Positions 1-11,000 of a stretch of DNA of 64,000 bases are shown one piece after another. The position numbers and the translations under genes are program-made. The stretch comes from Antedon mediterranea (taxonomy: Eukaryota; Animalia; Echinodermata), in the NCBI RefSeq assembly GCF_964355755.1, contig NC_092678.1, forward strand, positions 14,036,171 through 14,100,170, read 5' to 3'. The stretch's first letter is position 1. The number at the start of each line of letters is the position of its first letter. The notes under the pieces are model-generated. The model was given only the letters and a program-made list of their open reading frames with translations. It ran no database searches and was not told the origin of the DNA.

Positions 1-52
1 TCAACTAATCCCGTCGGACAAAATAGGACATTCATCGATACATTGCAAAAAC

Positions 53-847
53 ATGAAAGTGCACTTGGACGACGTTCGCCAAACCCTGGTTCCCGATGGA
101 TTTTCTAGCAAATATACCTACTACGTGGTACTGACCGACTGCGACATGACGGAGACGGATCAAAATCTGAACTACAGGCTGTTGATCGTGTACGACGGCC
201 GCTCCAACGGGGCAGATGTTGGACGTTACTTTAACCTAATCACAGTCTCGTCCGTGTGGAAAGAAACCGAAGTGTTGAAGGTTCGTCCTTACACACGAAA
301 CGAAGAAGACACAGTGTGGATGCCGATGGTCAATCGGACCAGTTTAAATGCGGCCATCGACCATTTCGCCGAATCTTCAAAAGAAACCTCTCTAGAACTT
401 TCGTTGGACGGCTACACGGATGACCGAGTCGACATGTCAGTCGGCTTGCGATTGATGAGCTGGGACTCTTTGACCACCTTGTTTCTGCTAAATTCAATAG
501 TGGACGAAGGTTTTCTTTCTGTTGTCATGTCGGAACATCCGAACCTGAACACGATAACGATAAAGAATTGCGAAGGTGATCCGTTCGGTGAGATGGAAAC
601 GAGCCCCAACACCGCACTGAGGCATTTGAACCTGATCGAAATGAATATCGACGAGGCAGGCATGGCTGAATTCATGACACCAATCATCAACGTCGTCAAG
701 TTAACTTTACATAATATGTGTTTCTTCGACGAACGTCTTTTCGCTAAACGATTGTACGAGACATCCGGCTATCGTTGGCTCGATTGTGAGTATGTCCGCG
801 AGCCAGGCGTATTGGTTCCCATTGAGATGTTTCTTGAAACGGGTTGA
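53..847 (+). CDS. 264-aa protein with degenerate C-terminal leucine-rich repeats
   Basis: Intronless ORF; LxxLxL-like motifs about 25 aa apart (SLTTLFLLNS, NLNTITIKNC, ALRHLNLIEM, NVVKLTLHNM); AATAAA at 921-926. Confidence 0.7.
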   Translation: MKVHLDDVRQTLVPDGFSSKYTYYVVLTDCDMTETDQNLNYRLLIVYDGRSNGADVGRYFNLITVSSVWKETEVLKVRPYTRNEEDTVWMPMVNRTSLNAAIDHFAESSKETSLELSLDGYTDDRVDMSVGLRLMSWDSLTTLFLLNSIVDEGFLSVVMSEHPNLNTITIKNCEGDPFGEMETSPNTALRHLNLIEMNIDEAGMAEFMTPIINVVKLTLHNMCFFDERLFAKRLYETSGYRWLDCEYVREPGVLVPIEMFLETG

Positions 848-994
848 AGAAATCGATTTTTTTATATAACAAGTATACATAACATGTGTTTATAATAATA
901 ACAAAACAAAAATGTTCTGTAATAAAAATGATATTTATTCGAGAAAAAGAATTATTAAAAGAAAAAGCAAATGCATTCTATATTTTTTTTTTTT

Positions 995-1729
995 TCAATC
1001 ATGATGAATTTGAAATATTACAAATGTCTTCATTACATCGTCTTTGTCAGCTTCTTCTTCACTCTTCTTTAGACGGAATCTTTCGGAAATGCGAATGTCG
1101 TCCGGAATATCAGATGTAGTGAATTTAGAATATTCTTGTATGAGCTCCGGTGTCATGTGGGGATGTAATTTCTTCATGATAAATTTATATTCCTTTTGCA
1201 TAGCCATCTGCGTGCCTGCTATAAACGACTTTGGAAGAGGAGAGAGTCCCTGTGGAACGTAAATGTTCTCTACTACATCATGATAGAAAGTTGTCAAGAC
1301 TTCCCTCTTTCCTGTCTTTGTAAAATCGTAAAACTGTACAATTACGCCTTTGATGTATTGCAACCGAATTCCTTGCAGATACTCGTCCAATTCCTCAATG
1401 AAATACGTAGGCCTACGTCGACCAGTGTATGCGAATTCTATATTCGCTCCCTGGAGTAGATATGCGATCATCATTTTCAATATCGGTTTTCCTAACAAGT
1501 CCGTGTGTGCTATCGTTGGATGAAAGTCCATACTTTTCGAAATCCGGACATCCGCTTCCCCCGGAATGTACCATTGATGGTCATAATAAATTTCGTGAGT
1601 GGTATGGTCTGTGTAAACGTCTCGATGTACATCGTAGCCTTTGATCAACAGAATTCGTTTAAATCTCCCTTCAAAGTATTCTGTTCTTTGAATTCTCAGC
1701 TTTTCAGTTACTGATCTTCGCAGCATCAT
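995..1729 (-). CDS. 244-aa hypothetical protein
   Basis: Long intronless ORF, TATAAAA about 45 nt upstream (1771-1777, minus strand), AATAAA at 934-939 (minus); convergent with the LRR ORF. No family recognised. Confidence 0.7.
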   Translation of the reverse strand: MMLRRSVTEKLRIQRTEYFEGRFKRILLIKGYDVHRDVYTDHTTHEIYYDHQWYIPGEADVRISKSMDFHPTIAHTDLLGKPILKMMIAYLLQGANIEFAYTGRRRPTYFIEELDEYLQGIRLQYIKGVIVQFYDFTKTGKREVLTTFYHDVVENIYVPQGLSPLPKSFIAGTQMAMQKEYKFIMKKLHPHMTPELIQEYSKFTTSDIPDDIRISERFRLKKSEEEADKDDVMKTFVIFQIHHD

Positions 1730-1888
1730 TTCCCGTTTTGTTGTGCTTTTTTTTCTGTTAAAATTTCTCTTTTTATATCTACCATTTCCCTCGCCCCCCC
1801 CCCCCCCATAATAGCCTAATGTATGTGTGAGTGTGAGTGTCCAAAGACGCGCGGCGACGTTTAGTTTGCATCCTATTTTACAAAAGAG

Positions 1889-1916
1889 ATATGTGTCGTG
1901 TCACCACAAAAGGAGC
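1889..1916 (-). promoter_or_regulatory. 28-bp upstream motif, copy 1 (GCTCCTTTTGTGGTGACACGACACATAT)
   Basis: 24/28 identical to 3189-3216 in inverted orientation; followed by a G-run, TATA and the 244-aa ORF. Confidence 0.5.
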
Positions 1917-2428
1917 TTTGGGTTGAAATTATTTTTTTTTTTTTAAATTATTATTATAATATTAATCTCCATTCTTTAAGCTTTCTAAAAAAAATAATGT
2001 AACTTGCTTTATAATTTATTTCAAGGCAATTAAGATATGACCCTATTTCAACCAAGAACTTCCGAATTCAATAGATTACTTCCGAATTCAATAGATTATC
2101 AACAATTAGAAAACAGCCTTTTAAGTTCAGTGGACCATTACATTGGTTTTATTCAATAACCACAACACATTCGCCTTGGATACCATTAGTTATTATTACT
2201 GAATCTACATGAAATTTTAAACACTTAAACAATGAATACGAGTATAGATTACACTTTAATTTCTTTCAATTTTATTATCATCTTCATATATAAAATACAA
2301 CAATTAAAAATTACATAATTATGTTGATTAATGGATTATTTTGAGCACACACAATCTGTTAACATAACTCACTTCTACTCTAGATCATGATTAGGCCTAT
2401 ACAAATTCTTACACATTCTTCTTCGTTT

Positions 2429-2560
2429 TCAATAACTATCCTCGCCGTCAGAATCTTCGTCGTCTATCCCCATCATCCAGGCTTTAGCATTAGCAAGAAG
2501 GCTAGCATTTAAAGCGTCAGCTATGACTTTTTCCGATCGTTCATTATCAGAATTAGACAT
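2429..2560 (-). CDS. Possible 43-aa acidic small ORF or truncated gene
   Basis: MSNSDNERSEKVIADALNASLLANAKAWMMGIDDEDSDGEDSY*; a GC-richer island in an AT-rich spacer; short, so may be chance. Confidence 0.3.
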   Translation of the reverse strand: MSNSDNERSEKVIADALNASLLANAKAWMMGIDDEDSDGEDSY

Positions 2561-3188
2561 TTCTATTAATTATATCAAACTATTAATTTGAATGATGCAA
2601 AAGAATTATAGTATAGTTTATTAAAAGATTGTAAATTATAACACTAAAGTAGGACAATAATGTAGTAGCACACTGTAAACCTCGTGCGAACAGCTTACCA
2701 AGGTAGTAAACAATACGTCTACGCACGTTCACAAGTGATTGACCAATCAGAGGACGCGATTAGTCCCTTTTGTTTGGCTGTATTTAAGGCCGAAGCCTTT
2801 ATAAAAGTGATTGTGATTGGACTATGATTGCATATTTAAATGTTTATTCATGATATTCTGAAAGATGACGTTACAAGCTTTAAAACCATACCAGTTGTGA
2901 CAATGTTTGGAAAGGCGGGAACATTCGATTGAAAAATAAGGTAGATGATTTTTGGCCGGCCGTTTACGGCTGAAATAGTCAGAATTCCACACAAAACCTT
3001 ACAATATTGTCTATAAAAAAACGTCAAAATGTATGTATTTTGGAACAAAATTAAGTTTTAAGGACAAGTAAACTATAATAGTTGAATATGTCGAATATGT
3101 AAGAAAAAAAAAATTATTTTAAATTGACTATTCCAACATTCAAAGCTAATTATAGCAATATTATAGCTTTTGCGACACAAGGCCGGCG

Positions 3189-3216
3189 GCTCCTTTCGTT
3201 GTGACGCGACCCATAT
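3189..3216 (+). promoter_or_regulatory. 28-bp upstream motif, copy 2 (GCTCCTTTCGTTGTGACGCGACCCATAT)
   Basis: Inverted copy of 1889-1916; followed by a G-run (~3227-3240) and TATAAG (3281-3286) but no convincing ORF. Confidence 0.5.
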
Positions 3217-3789
3217 AGACGCGCGCGGGGGGGGGGGGGGAGATGTGGAGAACGCATTAGTAATGCTTAACATCAGTTTCTATAAGAGCGAGATGAGAGA
3301 GAGAGATAGAGAGAGAGAAAAACAAAAACAAAAAAATGTGCTGTATCAAATTTATTTTCTTTTATTAATCCATAAGAAAGTGACAACATTAAAATAAAAG
3401 TGAATTACATACAAAAAGTTTTGCATTTATTTATTTGGAATTACACCTTTAGATCGGTAGCACACTTAGCACAAAGGTGCATCCTTCACAATATAAAATA
3501 TAACAATTAACAGAAAAGTAAAAAAAGGCAAAAGCAACTATCCTACCCCCCCCCCCCCCCCTCAATTTACATCGATACATACAGTAGATCATTACTTTAC
3601 ACAAATGAATACAAAACAAGATATAGTAAAAGTGTACAAAATAAAATCAACTGATAAACACAGCTTATTACGTAAAAACCCCAACCTCTCCTCCCCCCCC
3701 CCCTTTTTTTTTTTCAATTTACTTAATGTAGCAATGTAGATAACATAGTTGCATTGCAGTTAAAGTTTGGTGCTGTATATATACAATTT

Positions 3790-4305
3790 TTAAATGTCGC
3801 ATACGCACAAGATTTCTATCGACATCGGCTCATATACTGCCGCGTCTACATTACATCGTTGAAAGCACTCATCCGATACGGGAATAGTTTCTGGATAACC
3901 AAACAGAGCGGGAACGCACCTTCCCACGTTTTCACCTAATGGAAAAAAGCAATGAGAACCAAACAGATCGCATCCATCATTGTCCGGTACGAGAAGCCAT
4001 TGATCATCAGCCGATCGGTTTAGGCTACACGTTTCTAAAGAATATTTCATACCGTCCCATCGATCGCATTCATCACAACACGTAACAATATGAGTACCGT
4101 CTTCGATGATGTCAATGCACGCATATTTTTCGCTCTCTCTAATGCATGCGTCGTGATATAGAAACGGCGATACTCCGTCAACGTACACCGATCCAATTAA
4201 CAAGTCCGGACGTTCATCGATGCACATTACACAACGATGGTGGTAAAGTAGTAGTAGTAATATGAGTAGTAGTAGTAAAATGTGTTTCAACGCCTCTGTA
4301 TCCAT
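3790..4305 (-). CDS. 171-aa secreted cysteine-rich protein, possibly cystine-knot cytokine/growth-factor-like
   Basis: Leu-rich signal peptide (ILLLLLILLLLLY), about 15 Cys, internal CVP and C-terminal CxC (ILCVCDI). Fold assignment is inference. Confidence 0.7.
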   Translation of the reverse strand: MDTEALKHILLLLLILLLLLYHHRCVMCIDERPDLLIGSVYVDGVSPFLYHDACIRESEKYACIDIIEDGTHIVTCCDECDRWDGMKYSLETCSLNRSADDQWLLVPDNDGCDLFGSHCFFPLGENVGRCVPALFGYPETIPVSDECFQRCNVDAAVYEPMSIEILCVCDI

Positions 4306-6439
4306 GCGTCACAATTGGTTCTGATGTAAAGCGATACCAACGAAAACAAAGGCCAATGTCTTGTCTCATTATGTTCTGTAACGGGCATGCAAACGTGATG
4401 AAAATGTTTTGAGAATCCACTTCGTATAGACGCTGATATGACGTGTGACGGAGGACGAGGTCCGGCGTTTTCAAATTTTACGAACCTGTTCAATTTGGTT
4501 GGAGCCATAGAATGCCAAGACCTTGTTGCCGGGTTGTAACCGCCAATCATGCGTGGTATTCCGTCTAATACGTCGTAAAAAAAGGAAACTTTACGGTTGA
4601 TCTGACTTTTTGCCTGAACCACGGGCCGTGTTTTTCATTACGTTTGAAAACATGTTCATTGTTGACAACAAAAATGTGTCCACTGTCGTGTATAAGCGAC
4701 GTGTTTTTGTCCAAGTGTCGAATGTATGATTTGGCAAAATTATCAACGAAACGAGACGGAAGTATTCTGTTCGGAATGTCAACGTCGGCCATCAATTGGC
4801 TCGAGATTATTGAAAGCTTAGAAACAACCGTTTTAGGCTCAGCTCTAGTGCACATGACGTTGCCGATAGTGAACAGTTCGATTTCACCGTTTGACTCGTT
4901 TCCTTTGCACCATTTACTCGAGTAATAACGATACGTCGTATTGAAAGCAAACCACTCTTTTCGTATCGTGTCATACACGAATCCATATTTTTCAGTATCG
5001 CATCTACTCGTGTCGGTTCCTAGAAAGTCTAACATGTCAGTCGGTGCGCCGGTTTCGAATCTACCACCAACAAACACTAGCAATCTATCCAGAAAACAAA
5101 ACATTTGCATTCCACAACGATGCCGGCAAACGACAGGCATTTCGCCAATTTTAGTCCATTCTGCTATACCGCCCTTGTTCAGGGTTTCTCTGGTGCACTC
5201 GTACACTTGAAAATCTGTTTCAAAGACGGCGTACAGTGTGTTCTTGTTACTCGTGCAACTTAAAACGCCCTTTATTGTTACGTCATGAAACAATGGTCGA
5301 ATGACAAGTATGGTTGTACCTGTGAACGCGTGATTCATGTACACGTCACCGGAAGAAAGAACGGTAAAAACAGATGCGTTCGGTGTGTCCTGACAGGCAA
5401 GTTGACGTTCCGGTGGTCGAGCAGACATTTTCAAGAGCGTCTTGATTCTGTCGGTGGTTCGTAAATCATCGACGACGACGTTGTTGTTGTGTTCGTTCAT
5501 TCTATACGGCGAGAATACGGACGAGTCGAGAAGAATGCCCATGCTTGTCGCGTTGATCTTGTTGTCGGGCAATGATGCAACCCATACGGTCACTAACCGA
5601 TTCACGTCTGCATTGTAACCGCTTTTGCGAGCGTTTCGACTCAGTAATTTGTCAAAGAAACATGGCGGAATCTGAGACATCCACATGGAAATCAAATCTG
5701 GTTTCTTAACAAACAAATCGTGAATGAGCGGTGCCCAGAAAATCAACGAATCGGCAATGACACTCGATATTGCGTATGCTTTTTCCCGTTGGATTGTCGC
5801 GTGAATCAATTGGAGTACAACTGCAGTTCTAATCGGATCAAAAAACATTACTGTCGCTTCTTTCGAAATTGTTTCAATTGTATCCGTTGAGATTTTTGGG
5901 AATACAATGCCTGTGTTTATGAGCATTTGCTTGATTTTATCCAGAGCAATTGTATTGTTCAAGTACACAGACAGTTTTGTAAACGAAACGATGTTTTCAA
6001 TTGTAAACGGTTCATTTCTTTTGGTAAAGTTGTTTACGGCGTTTGCGTCCAACCATTTCGGTACTTTATACCAAATGTTGCCGCTTACTTTATCTTTTAC
6101 AAAATGAAGATTTCTTATCTTATTTTTTGAGTCGTCGTGTTGTACTCTGTACGACGAATCGGTATCACGTTCCAAAAACCCGTCGTCGTATACATCACCT
6201 GTATGCTGCTGCTGCTCCGGTTGAACTTCAGTCTCCGAATCAATTTCGGGCACGTTATTCGGCGGCCGTTGAAATATTTCATAATTTAAAGGTGTTACGG
6301 TAGCAGATTTTGCTAACGTTGAAGGTCCATCATCATCATCATCTTCATCATCAGATGATATCCACACAGTATCAAGTTTTCTTACTTTCTTACTGTCTTC
6401 GTGACGTTCATTAGAACCGTGCCTGCGTCTGGACGCCAT
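4287..6439 (-). CDS. Divergent BACK-Kelch-like protein, split by a -1 frameshift near 4577-4583
   Basis: Likely ATG at 6439 (MASRRRH); BACK-like segment (FFDKLLSRN...VNRLVTVWV); Kelch motifs LLVFVGG and VYDTIRKEW; the overlapping ORF 4287-4622 continues with DVLDGIPRMIGGYNPATRSWHSMAP, a Kelch repeat. Confidence 0.7.
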
Positions 6440-6492
6440 CGCAATACTACAGCAACACGCACGCACACACACAATATGATCGCTAATATTAC

Positions 6493-6825
6493 TCACTTCA
6501 ATAACTGCTTAAGAAATGTGGTTAACGTTTCAGAATATTCCTCCTTGTTTTTACTGGAACTAGCAAATTCACGTGCAACGTGAAGTGTGACAATAATGCG
6601 GCCCTCATTCACGTGGCCGTCTTCAAACATGCCCACGAGCAGATCGTGTAATGACTTGGCGCTGCGACATTTCACCTTATCAACTTGATTCTTGATTTCA
6701 GTTTTCAATTCTGCGTTGCTAAATGTTTCCGGATATTCACGTTCAACTTTTTCCTCGTTTTCCAAATAATTTTTGGCCAAAACGATCAATTTATCAACAT
6801 CAAAACCACCGTTTCTCTTTAACAT
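6493..6825 (-). CDS. Short Bcl-2-like protein (110 aa from ATG 6825)
   Basis: BH1-like MFEDGHVNEGRIIVTLHVA (canonical LFxDGxxNWGRIV); TATAAAT at 6881-6887 (minus); no clear BH2 or TM before the stop. Confidence 0.7.
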   Translation of the reverse strand: MLKRNGGFDVDKLIVLAKNYLENEEKVEREYPETFSNAELKTEIKNQVDKVKCRSAKSLHDLLVGMFEDGHVNEGRIIVTLHVAREFASSSKNKEEYSETLTTFLKQLLK

Positions 6826-7003
6826 CTTGTTCAACAATATTTCTTTTTTTGAAGTGACTTTCTCGTTTATACGCACATCAATTTATAGTACCGGAATGAT
6901 TCTCTGTCAACAATCCCGTTTGTACGGTTCCGGTCTAGGATTTGCGTTTGTGATGACCGCTATGTTATGTAAATGAGCCTGTGCAGCTGGTGTATTAATA
7001 ATT

Positions 7004-7009
<6 letters not shown>

Positions 7010-7046
<37 letters not shown>

Positions 7047-7053
7047 ACACACA
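7010..7053. repeat. (CA)n microsatellite upstream of the death-domain gene ATG
   Basis: Direct reading. Confidence 0.9.
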
Positions 7054-7071
7054 CGTTTCATAAGTTTGGTT

Positions 7072-7696
7072 ATGGATTCAGAACAGGGCTTAATTGGAGA
7101 CCAGGGGTATGCTACGTCTAAAGCCAAAAACTTGGACATTAACCAGGTATCTGATGGTTTTGATGCCAAGTTGAACAATTTTAAAAGGCATGTTGCCGAG
7201 GAGTCATATTCAGCATTGAAACGTGCTCGGTCAGCGCATTTCAACGATGAATTAAAGATAGTGTATGAAAACAACGATCAGAGTGAAACGCTCACCGAAG
7301 GTATTATGATTCTTGAGAAATGACAAAAATTAAAAAATTTAAAAAAATAAATAAATAAATAAATAATTTATAATAGCTTATTTTTTTTATTATTTTTTGT
7401 GTGTTTCAGATGAAGACTTTGGACCACTCACAGATCTGCGTATTTCCGAGTTGGCAAGAGAGCTGGGCAATGATTGGTCAATGATAGCAACATATTTAGG
7501 AATTTCACTCGCTCAACAACAAGATTTACGTCAGGCTCATTACATTTGTAGTCGGGAACGTAATCAAGAAATGCTTGTTATATGGCGCAAGAGAGATTCA
7601 TGCTGCCAAAAATCAGACAAACTACAATCATTAATGAATGCATTGGAAAAAAGTGGAAGAATCGACTTAAAAAACAAAATCAGTCTATGGCAATGA
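7072..7696 (+). CDS. Two-exon death-domain protein, join(7072..7300,7410..7696)
   Basis: GT(7301)...TTTCAG(7409) intron with T-rich tract joins the two ORFs in frame (G|AT=Asp); exon 2 is a typical death domain (LARELGNDWSMIATYLGIS...EMLVIWR...LMNALEKSGRIDL). Confidence 0.85.
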
Positions 7697-8028
7697 AAGT
7701 CAAAACTATAGCATTCGTATTTATAAAAGGTGTACGGTAGAGTACGTTTCTTCAATAATGAATCATAGCATTCGATCTATATTAGTTTTGTTTTGAAAAG
7801 AGTTTATTAAAAAAAGAAAACACCTTTAACCGAGAACACCGTGTACTGTTATTGTAAAAAAATTTCGTTTCTAAAAGTTCACGTTCACAACAAGAAGGAT
7901 AGCGCGCAAGCAACTTGGCCATCTAGAATTCGTTCGATAATGTTTTAGAAAAAAATAAAAGCTTTACTTCGACGCCTAATGACAGCGTGCGTCAATGTTT
8001 TAAAAAAGAGAGAACATACTTCCCCCTT

Positions 8029-11000
8029 ATATACAATAACGTTTATAACTTTCCAGATCATACTTCTTTTTCTATTCGATTACAGTTTCTAATGATAGCA
8101 TACTTCAGGAATGATCCTGATTGTTCTTATATTAATTATTATACATGGTTTCTTAAATCCAAACACACTCTTATTCTAGAAAGTTCATGTAGATACATAC
8201 ACCGTCTCTTTACCGAATGAACTGATAAGGTCGTGCAATCAATAAGAGGCATAACATGCCGTGCATTCGTCGTGCGTTGTATATCGAGAGAACAAATGAA
8301 AATATTGTTTACTTCGAGAATAAGCAATACACCGTCTCTTTACCGAATGAGCTGATAAGGTCGTGCAATCAGTAACAGGCATAACATGCCGTGCATTCGT
8401 CGTGTGTTGTATATCGAGAGAACAAATGAAAATATTGTTTACTTCGAGAATAAGCAATACACCGTCTCTTTACCGAATGAGCTGATAAGGCCGCGCAATC
8501 AGTAACAGGCATAACATGCCGTGCATTCATCGCGTGTTGTATAATTATTATACATGGTTTCTTAAATCCAAACACACTCTTATTCTAGAATGTTCATGTA
8601 GATACATACACCGTCTCTTTACCGAACTAACTGATAAGGTCGTGCAATCAATAAGAGGCATAACATGCCGTGCATTTGTCGTGGGTTGTATATCGAGAGA
8701 ACGGATGAAAATCTTTTTTTTTTTTTTTTTACTTCTAGAAGAAGCAATACACCGTCTCCTTACCAATCGAGCTGATAAGGAAGGCCGCGCAATCAGTAAC
8801 ATGCATAACATGCCGTGCATTCATCGCGTGTTGTATAATTATTATACATGGTTTCTTAAATCCAAACACACTCTTATTCTAGAATGTTCATGTAGATACA
8901 TACACCGTCTCTTTACCGAATGAACTGATAAGGTCGTGCAATCAATAAGAGGCATAACATGCCGTGCATTCGTCGCCTGTTGTATATCGAGAGAACAAAT
9001 GAAAATATTGTTTACTTCGAGAATAAGCAATACACCGTCTCTTTACCGAATGAGCTGATAAGGCCGTGCAATCAGTAACAGGCATAACATGCCGTGCATT
9101 CATCGCGTGTTGTATAATTATTATACATGGTTTCTTAAATCCAAACACACTCTTATTCTAGAATGTTCATGTAGATACATACACCGTCTCTTTACCGAAT
9201 GAACTGATAAGGTCGTGTAATAAATAAGAGGCATAACATGCCGTGCATTTGTCGTGGGTTGTATATCGAGAGAACGGATGAAAATCTTTTTTTTTTTTTT
9301 TACTTCGAGAAGAAGCAATACACCGTCTCCTTACCAATGGAGCTGATAAGGAAGGCCGCGCAATCAGTAACATGCATAACATGCCGTGCATTCATCGCGT
9401 GTTGTATAATTATTAGACATGGTTTCTTAAATCCAAACACACTCTTATTCTAGAATGTTCATGTAGATACATACACCGTCTCTTTACCGAATGAACTGAT
9501 AAGGTCGTGCAATCAATAAGAGGCATAACATGCCGTGCATTCGTCGCCTGTTGTATATATACAATAATGTTTATAACTTTCCAGATCATACTTCTTATTC
9601 TATTCGATTACAGTTTCTAATGATAGCATACTTCAGGAATGGTCCTGATTGTTCTTATATTAATTATTATAGGCCTACATGGTTTCTTAAATCCAAACGC
9701 ACTCTTATTCTAGAATGTTCATGTAGATACATACACCGTCTCTTTACCGATCGAGTTGGATACGGTCGTGCAATCAATAAGAGGCATAACATGCCGTGCA
9801 TTCATCGCGTGTTGTATACCGAGAGAACAAATGAAAATATTGTTTACTTCGAGAATAAGCAATACACCGTCTCTTTACCGATCGAGTTGATAAGGCCGTG
9901 CAATCAGTAACAGGCATAACATGCCGTGCATTCATCGCGTGTTGTATAATTATTATACATGGTTTCTTAAATCCAAACACACTCTTATTCTATAATGTTC
10001 ATGTAGATACATACACCGTCTCTTTACCGAACTAACTGATAAGGTCGTGCAATCAATAAGAGGCATAACATGCCGTGCATACGTCGTGTGTTGTATATCG
10101 AGAGAACGGATGAAAATATTTTTTTTTTTTTTTTTTTTACTTCGAGAAGAAGCAATACACCGTCTCCTTACCAATGGAGCTGATAAGGAAGGCCGCGCAA
10201 TCAGTAACATGCATAACATGCCGTGCATTCATCGCGTGTTGTATAATTATTATACATGGTTTCTTAAATCCAAACACACTCTTATTCTAGAATGTTCATG
10301 TAGATACATACACCGTCTCTTTACCAATCGAGTTGATACGGTTGTGCAATCAATAAGAGGATAACATGTCGTGCATTCGTCGCCTGTTGTATATATACAA
10401 TAATGTTTATAACTTTCCAGATCATACTTCTTATTCTATTCGATTACAGTTTCTAATGATAGCATACTTCAGGAATGGTCCTGATTGTTCTTATATTAAT
10501 TATTATAGGCCTACATGGTTTCTTAAATCCAAACACACTCTTAGTCTAGAATGTTCATGTAGATACATACACCGTCTCTTTACCGATCGAGTTGATACGG
10601 TCGTGCAATCAATAAGAGGCATAACATGCCGTGCATTCGTCGCCTGTTGTATATCGAGAGAACAAATGAAAATATTGTTTACTTCGAGAATAAGCAATAC
10701 ACCGTCTCTTTACCGAATGAGCTGATAAGGCCGTGCAATCAGTAACAGGCATAACATGCCGTGCATTCATCGCGTGTTGTATAATTATTATACATGGTTT
10801 CTTAAATCCAAACACACTCTTATTCTAGAATGTTCATGTAGATACATACACCGTCTCTTTACCGAATGAACTGATAAGGTCGTGTAATCAATAAGAGGCA
10901 TAACATGCCGTGCATACGTCGTGTGTTGTATATCGAGAGAACGGATGAAAATCTTTTTTTTTTTTTTTTACTTCGAGAAGAAGCAATACACCGTCTCTTT

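Noticed and set aside
1794-1856. Poly-C run and CGCGGCG resembling herpesvirus pac signals
   Set aside because: Internal position, short motifs, better explained as part of the promoter module.
6973-7071. N-terminal HTHTHT extension of the 116-aa ORF
   Set aside because: Translation of the (CA)n repeat; ATG 7072 is the more plausible start.
8245-8265. AACATGCC as a p53 half-site in each core
   Set aside because: Two mismatches to RRRCWWGYYY and no proper second half-site.
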